DNA from: an uncultured bacterium
Lineage (GTDB): Bacteria > Verrucomicrobiota > Kiritimatiellia > RFP12 > UBA1067
DNA: 63,841 nt
Direction: 5' to 3'
Assembly (NCBI GenBank): GCA_903935195.1
Contig: CAIZQW010000287.1
Location: forward strand, 1 to 63,841
Both the position numbers and the translations under genes were made by a program. This document shows, piece after piece, positions 55,247 through 63,841 of this stretch (positions are counted from its first letter, which is position 1; the number at the start of each line of letters is the position of its first letter). The notes beneath the pieces were generated by a model. That model searched no databases. It had not been told where the DNA came from and saw only the letters and a list, made by a program, of their open reading frames with translations.

Positions 55247-56683
55247 CTAGGCACCGAGGATCGTCCGAATCACATCTTCGGCGGTGAACGACGTAGAACC
55301 TGCCTTACAGAAGCGCTGAACGTTCAGGGCATCGTCACCCAACGTTACAACACCAGGCTCCTTATAGCCGTTCGCCCGGACTTGAGGCAGGCCACAGGCT
55401 GCAAAGAGTGCGTTGCAGACACATTTACGTCCTACAATAGACTCGGGTGTACCACCCTTCGCCAGATAAATAGCCTCGGGTTCAGCGGCACAACGATAAC
55501 CAACCGTTCCATCTGGCTTCCGATAAGCCTCCAGGAGATAACCGCAGTCACAGATTTTAGTACGCTGACGAACTACTTCAGGATCAGAGATCGTCCCCTC
55601 TACAGAAGCGACCTTAAAGGGGAAGCCTGTGGGCGAAACGACAGGGTCTGTAAAGACCGTGGCCTTTCCTGCTAGCAGACTGTCGCGAACCTTTGTTCGG
55701 AGCTCAGGTGTAAATGCGGAGTCCTCGCAGAGGGCAAAAGCTGTGCCCACTTGGATACCCGCAGCACCCTGATCCAAAGCCTCTTTCAGCTTCTCGGGCG
55801 AACCATAGCCACCTCCCAGCCAGAAGGGCAAGCCGATCTTGCGCATCGCCTCCAGATTCACGATATCACGGGCACCATAAATCGGCTGACCGAGCTCGTC
55901 GAACTTCATCTGCCCACGCGGAGGCGCGTTATGTCCACCTGCCGTGAACCCCTCGATCACAAAGCCTTCCACACTCCCCTCGGCGCGCCGAAGCAACATC
56001 GTCGCCAAGGAATCAGAAGAGATGATCGGGAGGAAGTCCGGACGATTCAACTCAGGCGGCAGACCCTCGGGAAAGAGCATGGCCGGATCAAACGTCCTGA
56101 CACAGTCCGTATCGGGTGTTGCATCAATGACACGGATCGGATAGGTGGCTGCCTCGTGCTTGCAAAAGAGATCCAGAACCTTGGGAACATTGACCGGGAT
56201 ACCTGCGCCCATAATGATCACGGAGACACCCGCCAACATGGCGCCATAGATAGAGGGTAAATGGGGAATCTGGATCTTTTCCAGATAATTGATGCCGACC
56301 GGGTTACTATGCCCCTCACGCGCCAGAAAGACCTCGACGTAATTAGCCACAACGCAAAGCTCGTCTATAAAACTGTTGTTCTTGATCGTATGGATGCCGA
56401 TTGCCTTATAAGGGACATGCGCGGGCTTACCCCCTGGAATAAAAAAGGTGTCCAGTACGCGCTGGGCGAGTCCCATGTTCGGAAAAGCTTGAAGCGCACG
56501 ACGGATATCGCCTTTGAGATCTCCATCTTGAAGACGACGCGCCATAACTTGATCCAGCGCTGTTCCAGAGACAACCCCGAGCTGGCCCATTCGCGACACC
56601 ACATTAGCAAGATGCCAATTTGATACGCCAATGCCCATCCCGCCTTGAATAATTTTTGGAAGGTTAATTTTCAATGGTTCCAA
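55247..56683 (-). CDS. Nitronate monooxygenase (NMO/2-nitropropane dioxygenase) family FMN oxidoreductase, long form
   Basis: IIQGGMGIGVS N-terminal motif and a TIM-barrel FMN-binding pattern (GFVIEGFTAGGH). 478 aa. Confidence 0.75.
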   Translation of the reverse strand: MEPLKINLPKIIQGGMGIGVSNWHLANVVSRMGQLGVVSGTALDQVMARRLQDGDLKGDIRRALQAFPNMGLAQRVLDTFFIPGGKPAHVPYKAIGIHTIKNNSFIDELCVVANYVEVFLAREGHSNPVGINYLEKIQIPHLPSIYGAMLAGVSVIIMGAGIPVNVPKVLDLFCKHEAATYPIRVIDATPDTDCVRTFDPAMLFPEGLPPELNRPDFLPIISSDSLATMLLRRAEGSVEGFVIEGFTAGGHNAPPRGQMKFDELGQPIYGARDIVNLEAMRKIGLPFWLGGGYGSPEKLKEALDQGAAGIQVGTAFALCEDSAFTPELRTKVRDSLLAGKATVFTDPVVSPTGFPFKVASVEGTISDPEVVRQRTKICDCGYLLEAYRKPDGTVGYRCAAEPEAIYLAKGGTPESIVGRKCVCNALFAACGLPQVRANGYKEPGVVTLGDDALNVQRFCKAGSTSFTAEDVIRTILGA

Positions 56684-57403
56684 TCCTTTTGCTACTGTTC
56701 TTTTTTAGGAATCGGAAAAATAATATCATATCTCGCTGAAACACTCAAGATGACAAGGAAACATAATTTCACGCATTTTTTTGGTTCCCTCTTGCATCCT
56801 CAGAAGCTATCTGATAAAGTAAGTTGGCATGAAATTTAAACATGCAGATCGTGTTTCAGTGATGAGGGTTGAGGCTCTCTTCTCTGTCGCGAAAATCTCC
56901 TGCATGATTGGCTGTATGCTTATCGCGGCCATGGGACACATCAACACGGTATTCTATGGCCCGTTGCCGAGCGTCGCTCATACGGCAGATGGGCTTTCTC
57001 ACTCATCAGGCACGGGATCGGCCAATTTGAACGGCACCAGCAATCCATTGCCGACAGAAGCTTTTTTTGACTCTGAGGAAAAAACAAACCCCTTCCTCCT
57101 TCTCCTTGCGTTTCGCGAAGTTTCAGCAGGCATCCAAATACCCTTATATCCATTCTGTTTCACCGATGCTCACCTGTCTGGCCGGTTCGCCCAGAAGGCG
57201 CCTAACATATATTTCACCCTCATCCGCTGCTCCACGCCACTACGTTGTTGAGACAAGGCCTTTCCTCGTTGCATGAAGCGAAACAGATCCGATTGATTCA
57301 TGCCTCGCGAAAGGAAATTTTTGGAGACGTTTTCACATCGAACACCTCATCTCACAATTTGTTTACCAGAATCAAATAATTTTATTTTATCACCGTTCAG
57401 CGG

Positions 57404-58465
57404 GTGAAGGAGTATTTCAAGATGAAACAGGGCATGGAACATAAAGGCAGAGTCTATCTCAAACCGTCAACACAGCCACCCCCCTTACGCGTTGCCGTAA
57501 CAGGCGCGGCTGGCCAGATTTGCTACAGTCTTTTAAAACGCATCGCGGCAGGCGAAATGTTCGGGAAAGAAACCCCTGTCATTCTTCAGCTCCTGGAAAT
57601 CCCAAACGAGAAGGTCCAGAAAGCCCTCGCGGGCGTTGCCATGGAACTCGAGGACTGCGCCTTCCCTTTGCTGGAGGAGGTACATTGTACCAGCCAACCC
57701 GAGGAGGCTTTCAAGGATGCAGAGTGGTGCTTGCTCGTGGGCTCCAAGCCACGGGGTCCGGGTATGGAACGTGCCGACCTGCTGAAGGATAACGGACACA
57801 TTTTCGTGACGCAAGGTCGGGCCATTGATGCTGTCGCCGCTGAGAATTGCCGCATCGTAGTCGTCGGCAACCCTTGTAATACCAATTGCATGATCGCGGC
57901 AGCTCAGGCCCGTAGACTCCCGCCTGAACGCTTTACCGCCATGGTCCGGCTCGACCAGAACCGCGCCGCCTCCCAACTGGCCAAAAAAGCCTGCGTCCCC
58001 GTTGATGTCATCGAACAGCTCGCTATCTTCGGCAATCACAGCCCCTCACAGTTCCCAGACTTTTCGAATGCCACCATCTTCGGCATCCCCGTCCCTGAAG
58101 TGATCGAAGACGTGGCATGGCTCGAGGAAACCTTTATTGAGACCGTTCGGAAACGTGGCGCAGACATCATTGCGGCGCGTGGCGTCTCTAGTGCACTCTC
58201 GGCGGCCAATGCAATCATTGACCATGTGAAGTCGCTCTGCACACCCGGCAAGACCATTCACTCAATGGCTGTTAGATCTTCTGGCGAATATGGTTTTGGC
58301 GAAGGCCTCTGGGCTGGCATGCCCGTGCGGACCACTGCCCCCGGAACCTATGAAATCGTCACTAATTTTCACCACGATGCGTTTGCGAAAAGCAAACTCC
58401 TGATCACCCAGGAGGAGCTTGAGAGCGAGCGGGAGATGGTCAAAGATTTTATTTCATTAAACTAA
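57404..58465 (+). CDS. mdh: Malate dehydrogenase (NAD-dependent, LDH-like type 2)
   Basis: [17 protein letters not shown] Rossmann start. The start codon is uncertain, with alternatives at 57422 and 57434. Confidence 0.88.
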   Translation: MKEYFKMKQGMEHKGRVYLKPSTQPPPLRVAVTGAAGQICYSLLKRIAAGEMFGKETPVILQLLEIPNEKVQKALAGVAMELEDCAFPLLEEVHCTSQPEEAFKDAEWCLLVGSKPRGPGMERADLLKDNGHIFVTQGRAIDAVAAENCRIVVVGNPCNTNCMIAAAQARRLPPERFTAMVRLDQNRAASQLAKKACVPVDVIEQLAIFGNHSPSQFPDFSNATIFGIPVPEVIEDVAWLEETFIETVRKRGADIIAARGVSSALSAANAIIDHVKSLCTPGKTIHSMAVRSSGEYGFGEGLWAGMPVRTTAPGTYEIVTNFHHDAFAKSKLLITQEELESEREMVKDFISLN

Positions 58466-58484
58466 AAAAAGGAGAACCAACAGT

Positions 58485-59786
58485 ATGGCAACAGTACCAG
58501 TCAATCGTGAAACCGTATTGGCTTTTCACCAAGGGGGCAAAGTCGGCGTCAGCCTGACCAAGCCGTTGAAGACACAGAACGATCTTTGCCTGGCCTACAC
58601 GCCAGGTGTCGCACACGCCGTCAAGGAGATCGCAGCAAAACCTGAAACCATTTTTGATTACACAGCCAAGCGGAGTCTCGTGGCTGTCGTCTCGGATGGA
58701 ACCGCGATCCTGGGCCTGGGCGACCTCGGCGCAGAGGCCTCCATCCCCGTCATGGAAGGTAAGGCTGTCCTGTTCAAGGCCTTTGGCGATGTGGACGCCT
58801 GGCCCATGCCGGTCAACCACTGCCGTAAGGATGGCAAGAACACGGGCAAGACCGATGCTCAGCGCGTCATCGATGTGGTCATGGCGATCGCCCCGATGTA
58901 CGGCGGTATCAACCTCGAAGACATCGCGGCTCCGGCCTGCTTTGAAATCGAGGACCGCCTGGACGCGATGCTCGACATCCCGGTGTTCCATGACGACCAG
59001 TGGGGAACCGCGGTCATCACGCTGGCGGGACTCATGAACTACTCCCGTCTGTGCGGACGCGGACTCGGCGAACTGCGTGTCGTCATGAACGGCGCTGGTG
59101 CCGCAGGTATCCGTATTGCGGATATGTGCAAGGCCGCGGGCGTAAAAGACTTGATCATGTGTGACACCAAGGGCGTCATCCATACCGATCGCACCGATCT
59201 CACAGAACACAAGCGCCGTCATGCCTCCACCACCTCGGCTCGGACCCTCACGGAAGCGTTCCGTGGCGCGCATGTCTTCATTGGCGTTTCAGTGGCGAAC
59301 TGCGTGACAGCTGAAGAGATCCGCAGCATGGGTGATTATCCCGCCATCTTCGCGATGTCAAATCCGGATCCTGAAGTCCGTCCTGAGATCGTCGCAGAGG
59401 CCCTCGGTAACAAGCCCTACGTGATGGCGACCGGCCGTTCGGACTTCCCGAACCAGGTGAACAACGTGCTCGGCTTCCCCTTCCTCTTCCGCGGCGCGCT
59501 GGATGTGAAGGCCAAGACCATCAACACCGCGATGAAGGTGGCTGCCTCAGAAGCACTGGCTGGCCTGGCACGTGAAGCCGTTCCGGCTGAAGTACAGGCT
59601 CTCTACCCGACCGAAAAACTCGTCTTCGGAAACAGCTACATCATTCCGAAGCCGTTTGATCGCCGTCTCTTTGTCGAGGTCTCCTATGCGGTGGCCAAGG
59701 CAGCGGTTGAATCAGGCGCAGCCCCGGCAACCGATCTGACAGCCCTCAAGGCAAGCCTGATCGCCCGTAATGCCGCCCGCGGATAA
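58485..59786 (+). CDS. maeB: NAD(P)-dependent malic enzyme (short form without a PTA domain)
   Basis: [22 protein letters not shown] and VMNGAGAAG motifs. Confidence 0.9.
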   Translation: MATVPVNRETVLAFHQGGKVGVSLTKPLKTQNDLCLAYTPGVAHAVKEIAAKPETIFDYTAKRSLVAVVSDGTAILGLGDLGAEASIPVMEGKAVLFKAFGDVDAWPMPVNHCRKDGKNTGKTDAQRVIDVVMAIAPMYGGINLEDIAAPACFEIEDRLDAMLDIPVFHDDQWGTAVITLAGLMNYSRLCGRGLGELRVVMNGAGAAGIRIADMCKAAGVKDLIMCDTKGVIHTDRTDLTEHKRRHASTTSARTLTEAFRGAHVFIGVSVANCVTAEEIRSMGDYPAIFAMSNPDPEVRPEIVAEALGNKPYVMATGRSDFPNQVNNVLGFPFLFRGALDVKAKTINTAMKVAASEALAGLAREAVPAEVQALYPTEKLVFGNSYIIPKPFDRRLFVEVSYAVAKAAVESGAAPATDLTALKASLIARNAARG

Positions 59787-59812
59787 GTCCGTCAAATAGA
59801 CTTAGAACCATC

Positions 59813-59856
59813 AAGCGTTGGATGTTCTTACCAAACATCCAACGCTTCGTCTTTTC
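59813..59856. terminator. Bidirectional intrinsic terminator between convergent maeB and trpC
   Basis: A 14-bp stem, AAGCGTTGGATGTT (59813-59826) pairing with AACATCCAACGCTT (59834-59847), has a 7-nt loop and is followed by CGTCTTTTC. Confidence 0.75.
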
Positions 59857-60607
59857 ATTCTTGGATGATGGCTTGCAACGCCTGTTTCGGATTTTGATCT
59901 GACATCAGCGCACTGCCGATGAGCGCGGCATCATAGCCGGCGAGGCGGGTCAGGGCCTCATGGGAATCAATGCCGCTGGCGGCGATCCAGCGTTCCTGCG
60001 GAAGCCGGTGCTTGATCAGCCGTAACGTCGTGGTCATATCCACTTCGAGCGTTTCCAGATTGCGATTGTTGACCTGGATAATCTTCGCCCCGGACGCACG
60101 GGCCAGCTCAAGTTCGGCTTCATTAAAGATCTCAACCACTGCCTCGATGCCAAACGACTCTGCCAACTGCCGCAAAGCGCGCAAGTGGCTGACCTCAGGT
60201 GTCAGCGCAACAATCAGCAGCAGCGCGGAGGCTGGCGTGGTCGCGGTCTCGCGCACCTGCAGTTCGTCAAAGAGAAAGTCCTTCCGCAGGAGGGGAAGCG
60301 TCGTGTGGCTCGCGATCTCCTGCAAAAATTCAAGCTTACCTCCAAAGTATTTCTCTTCCGTCAGTACGGAGATGGCCTGCGCGCCGCCCTCGGTGTAGAG
60401 GCGTGCAATCTCCGCGGGAGAGATCCCTTCGTTGATGACGCCGCGTGACGGCGAGGACCGCTTATACTCCGCGATGATCGAAAGACCTCCCTCTTGCTTT
60501 GCGGGCAGAAAAGCAGGACGCGACCCCTGAAATACAGTTGTTGGCGGCTGGAGGCGCAAGCGCTCAACATCCGGCATCTTAGCTTGCCTGAAGCGTTCAA
60601 GAGACAT
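59855..60607 (-). CDS. trpC: Indole-3-glycerol phosphate synthase
   Basis: IIAEYKRSSPSRG and LLRKDFLFD motifs. Start taken at M8 (60607), which is uncertain; M18 at 60577 is also possible. Confidence 0.88.
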   Translation of the reverse strand: MSLERFRQAKMPDVERLRLQPPTTVFQGSRPAFLPAKQEGGLSIIAEYKRSSPSRGVINEGISPAEIARLYTEGGAQAISVLTEEKYFGGKLEFLQEIASHTTLPLLRKDFLFDELQVRETATTPASALLLIVALTPEVSHLRALRQLAESFGIEAVVEIFNEAELELARASGAKIIQVNNRNLETLEVDMTTTLRLIKHRLPQERWIAASGIDSHEALTRLAGYDAALIGSALMSDQNPKQALQAIIQE

Positions 60608-62201
60608 GGAGCGCCCTCCCGCCGACACCGCCAGCCACAGCCTCGCGGGCCTTGGCCATACAGGTCGCCAAGGACATCTCCGGCTTCAACAGGTAAAGCC
60701 CCAGCCCCACATTGAGCGCCACCATATCCTTGACCGGCTGCGTCGCCCTGCCACTTAAAATATCACGCATCACCCGTTCCGAGTGGTCGAGCGATTCAAT
60801 CTGCAGGTCTGCCTCGGTACATGGCGCGATGCCATAATCAGCCGGTTGGATCTCCAGCTCTTCCATTCGGCCATCCTGCACCAAGATCACCTTCGAGACA
60901 CCCAGCGGGGTCAACTCATCATACCCCCCTGCCCCATAGACCACAGCAGCGCGCTTGACCGTTGAGACGCGCAGGGTCTCCGCCATCAGCTTCAGCAACT
61001 CAGGACGTGCAACACCCAAAAGGATGTGCGTCGGCCGCGCCGGATTCAGAAGCGGACCCAAGAGATTGAAGATGGAGCGGATGCCCAACTCCTTGCGGAG
61101 CGGAGCGATCTTACCGAAGACCGGATGATAGAGCGGCGCGTAGAGAAAGACAAACTTGTTCTTTTTCAACTGCTGAGGAACTTCTGCTGCAGGGGTGTTG
61201 ATCGGAACGCCCAGCCGCTCGAGAATATCCGCACTGCCGCACATCGAGGTGATGGCGCGATTGCCATGCTTCACGACCTGATGTCCCATACCTGCCAAGG
61301 TCAGGGCTGTCGCTGTCGAACAGTTGAAGGAACTCCGTCCATCGCCACCGGTGCCGACTACATCAATAAAATCGCCGTCAATACCGTCAACCCGAATTGC
61401 GCGGGCCAGGGCGGATCGCGCAGCCTGTGCCAGCTCAATCGAACTCTCACCCTTGAGCCGCAACCCCATCAGTAGGGCGCCAGCTTGAACAGGAAGCATC
61501 TTGCCGTCCATCAAGGCTTCAAAGGCATGAAGGGCCATGGCGGCTGTCAGATCACGTCCCTCGGCAAGGGTGTTCAGCACATTCTTCAGCTGAACCTCAC
61601 CGCTCTCGGAGGAGAGAATCGCCTGCGGGAAGTTGGCGAGCAGTTTCATGCCCTCGGGCGTAAGCACAGATTCCGGATGGAACTGGACACCGACCCACGG
61701 GCGATCACGATACTGCAATCCCATGACCACGTCCTCCGGACCCCGTGCCGTCACCTTGAAGACAGAACTCTTCTTGTCAGAGGGAAGCGCCACAGCTAGG
61801 GAGTGGTAGCGTCCCACGGTCATCGGCTGATAGAGTCCTTTGAAGAGACCCTCTCCGTCGTGCGTAATGTCCGAAGTCTTGCCATGCATGATGGAGGGGG
61901 CGCGAACCACTTCCTCGCCGGCAAAGAGTCCAAGGATCTGATGTCCCAGGCAGATGCCCAAAACAGGGACCGAGGGGTCCAGCCGCTTCAGAAACTCGAG
62001 GCAGTAGCCCGAGTTGATCGGATGGCTCGGCCCAGGAGAAATACAGACCTTCTCCACTTCAGGGTCCGTGGCCAGCTCGAGCAACCGCGGATCGTCGTTA
62101 TAGACCACAACCGGCGTCTCGCCCAGCATACAGAAGGCCTGCACCAGGTTATACGTGAAGGAATCGTAGTTATCAATGAGTAAGAACATGTTTAAATCCA
62201 A
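60597..62201 (-). CDS. trpD: Bifunctional anthranilate synthase component II / anthranilate phosphoribosyltransferase (TrpG-TrpD fusion)
   Basis: GATase1 domain (LIDNYDSFTYNL, GICLGHQ, HPES) followed by TrpD (VGTGGDGRSSFN). The start may be M5 at 62189. Confidence 0.9.
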   Translation of the reverse strand: MDLNMFLLIDNYDSFTYNLVQAFCMLGETPVVVYNDDPRLLELATDPEVEKVCISPGPSHPINSGYCLEFLKRLDPSVPVLGICLGHQILGLFAGEEVVRAPSIMHGKTSDITHDGEGLFKGLYQPMTVGRYHSLAVALPSDKKSSVFKVTARGPEDVVMGLQYRDRPWVGVQFHPESVLTPEGMKLLANFPQAILSSESGEVQLKNVLNTLAEGRDLTAAMALHAFEALMDGKMLPVQAGALLMGLRLKGESSIELAQAARSALARAIRVDGIDGDFIDVVGTGGDGRSSFNCSTATALTLAGMGHQVVKHGNRAITSMCGSADILERLGVPINTPAAEVPQQLKKNKFVFLYAPLYHPVFGKIAPLRKELGIRSIFNLLGPLLNPARPTHILLGVARPELLKLMAETLRVSTVKRAAVVYGAGGYDELTPLGVSKVILVQDGRMEELEIQPADYGIAPCTEADLQIESLDHSERVMRDILSGRATQPVKDMVALNVGLGLYLLKPEMSLATCMAKAREAVAGGVGGRALHVS

Positions 62202-62219
62202 TCCTTTAAAATGGGAAAA

Positions 62220-63614
62220 CTATTTCATGCGCTCCGGGACTTCAGCCTTGCCAATGACGGTCTTCATGATGGCCGCCTTGTTCTGGCACTCCTGATACTC
62301 GCTCTGCGGGACAGAGTCGAAGACAATGCCCGCGCCCGCCTGCCAATGTAGCTTGCCGTCCTTGATCCAAAGGCTGCGAATCGTAATACCCATGTCGAGG
62401 CTGACTGTATCCTTGTCGAGTCCCAACCAGCCGATACTGCCGGCATAGGGTCCGCGCGGACGCTTCTCCGTCTCCGCAATAATCTCCATCGCCCGCACTT
62501 TCGGCGCACCGCTCACGGTTCCTGCCGGGAAGGTCGCGCTGATCACATCCACGGCATCCAGATTAGGATTGAGCTGGGCTGTCACCCGCGAGGTCAAGTG
62601 CATCACATGCGAGAAGCGCTCCACCTCCATGAGCCGTTCGACCTTCACCGTGCCGGGACGCGCCAGGCGTCCGAGATCATTACGTCCCAGGTCCACCAAC
62701 ATGAGATGCTCGGCACGCTCCTTGGGGTCCTGCAGCAGGTCCATGGCGAGCTTGGCATCCTCCTCCTCGGTCTTGCCGCGTTTCCGCGTGCCTGCAATGG
62801 GCGAGAGCTGGAGCTGGTTCGCTGAACAACGGATCAGCAGTTCCGGCGAAGAGCCCATCAGCGTCGTCTTCGGCAGATCCATGAAGAAGAGATAGGGCGA
62901 CGGATTGATGCGCCGCAGGCGACGATAGACCGCAAAAGGTTCGCCCTGGAAAGAGGTTTCAAAGTGCGTGGAGAGCACGACCTGAATCGCCTCGCCCTGA
63001 CGCAACTGCTCCTTGATGAACTCCACCCGCTTCATATACTCCTCAGGCGTTGAACTCTCGGTCACATCGCCCACTTGGAAGGTTTCGCTCTCCAAGGCAG
63101 GCGCTGGCTTTTCAAGCGTGTCTGTCAGGACCAACTCCGCGACGCGGTTGTAAACATGGTCAAAGATCACCACTCGGCTCGGCAGGATGAGGCAGGCTTC
63201 AGCCTCCTCTGCAGGAATCACCTTAGCCAACCGCTTGAGCGTCAGCCCAGCAATGCCATAACCGAGGTACCCATAGAGTCCACGGGTAATCGCCGGCTGG
63301 TTCGCGAAAGCAGGCGCAGTCTCAATGGTGATCGCCTTCATGACCTCGCGCAGTCCATCCAGGAAAGGCAGGCCTTCTAAAGATGACAGCGAAGCGAGCC
63401 GCTCATCCTTGATCTCCAGATGCAATTTTCCTGCAACGCAGTTGACCGACAACAGGCAACCTGTCGCAAGAATGCTGTACTTGCCCCAGCGACCGTCAAC
63501 CTCCGCGCTCTCCAGCAGGATGCCCTGCGGATTGCGGAGAAAGAGACTGATCGGCGTATCGGTGTCACCCTCCAGGTAACGCCCCTGCTGCGATAATATG
63601 ATCGGTGTTATCAT
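62220..63614 (-). CDS. trpE: Anthranilate synthase component I
   Basis: Chorismate-binding motifs FPAGTVSGAPKVRAMEII and GPYAGSIGW. Confidence 0.92.
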   Translation of the reverse strand: MITPIILSQQGRYLEGDTDTPISLFLRNPQGILLESAEVDGRWGKYSILATGCLLSVNCVAGKLHLEIKDERLASLSSLEGLPFLDGLREVMKAITIETAPAFANQPAITRGLYGYLGYGIAGLTLKRLAKVIPAEEAEACLILPSRVVIFDHVYNRVAELVLTDTLEKPAPALESETFQVGDVTESSTPEEYMKRVEFIKEQLRQGEAIQVVLSTHFETSFQGEPFAVYRRLRRINPSPYLFFMDLPKTTLMGSSPELLIRCSANQLQLSPIAGTRKRGKTEEEDAKLAMDLLQDPKERAEHLMLVDLGRNDLGRLARPGTVKVERLMEVERFSHVMHLTSRVTAQLNPNLDAVDVISATFPAGTVSGAPKVRAMEIIAETEKRPRGPYAGSIGWLGLDKDTVSLDMGITIRSLWIKDGKLHWQAGAGIVFDSVPQSEYQECQNKAAIMKTVIGKAEVPERMK

Positions 63615-63712
63615 GGTAAATCCTTGTTACTTCAAATAGAAACAGCGCTCACTATAACTGTTTCTACATGTAGAGTCAATGCGTTTCTTTAAAAAAATGT
63701 AGCCGTTTCTTT

Positions 63713-63823
63713 CTCACAGAGCCCACAGAGTTCACAGAGGAAACCAATTTCCACCAGGATACATCTTTCTCTGTGCCCTCTGCCTGTCCACCGTTTTATC
63801 CGCCGTAGCCTTGGCGAAGGAGG
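63713..63823. repeat. Word element: CACAGAG x3 (period 9), inverted CTCTGTG-type words, then a core shared with locus 19316
   Basis: ctcacagag/cccacagag/ttcacagag at 63713-63739. ctctgtgccctctgcctgtcc at 63769-63789. The core CGCCGTAGCCTTGGCGAAGGAGG at 63801-63823 matches 19316-19338 at 20/23. Confidence 0.85.
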
Positions 63824-63841
63824 AAGGCGTATCCGCGAAGG

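Noticed and set aside
56829-57251. 140-codon plus-strand ORF between the NMO gene and mdh.
   Set aside because: It has no RBS or motif and a Cys/His-scattered low-information sequence. Competing ORFs exist in other frames (56941-57153 minus, 57067-57276 plus). It is kept only as an unassigned spacer in the findings.
1-63841. tRNA, rRNA, tmRNA, riboswitch or trp leader-peptide features.
   Set aside because: None was recognisable by eye in the intergenic regions. There is no GTTCGAATC-type T-arm, no tandem Trp-codon leader upstream of trpE, and no conserved riboswitch core that I can identify. A computational scan (tRNAscan-SE or Infernal) is still needed.

Overview
This 63.8-kb window is bacterial chromosome with about 55% GC by spot counts of 60-nt lines. 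Most of it is minus-strand housekeeping operons. The gene content suggests a Gram-negative of the PVC superphylum, but that is inference only. All product calls rest on motif recognition, since no searches could be run.

Housekeeping content, left to right:
- T2SS pseudopilin and GspF, a CBM9-like protein, and LarC translationally coupled to a 1422-aa GH13+GDE_C debranching-type enzyme.
- LpxD-Skp-BamA, MlaFE, ArgS, TrxA, GalK and a phosphohexomutase.
- A zinc-ribbon/EIIA(Ntr) fusion, a tight carA-pyrG-carB operon, a PabB-PabC fusion, a small Tat lipoprotein and a tandem double sulfatase.
- PurF, an ICMT-like protein, NadE and GlnN. Good sigma-54 promoters lie upstream of glnN and of the adjacent porin gene.
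- Rex, and a trp operon split in two by a plus-strand mdh/malic-enzyme pair.

The accessory part is an island of about 12 kb (31985-44125).
- It holds a type I R-M system (HsdR plus a fused HsdM-HsdS), followed by an AT-rich segment (33-40% GC).
- That segment carries a TM-TPR protein, a decayed DUF429 gene stub, an AlbA_2/Schlafen-like protein and a small membrane protein.
- It also carries the best candidate for an undescribed system: a co-directional cassette of a 383-aa orphan, a DUF429 RNase-H-fold nuclease, an XRE repressor and an ImmA/IrrE protease.

The second unexplained signal is a dispersed family of intergenic elements at eight or more loci.
- Each locus is built from its own short word, repeated in tandem and in inverted copies.
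- The words sit next to shared G-rich cores.
- Similar repeats occur inside larC and possibly argS.

No tRNA, rRNA, CRISPR array, integrase or transposase was recognised.
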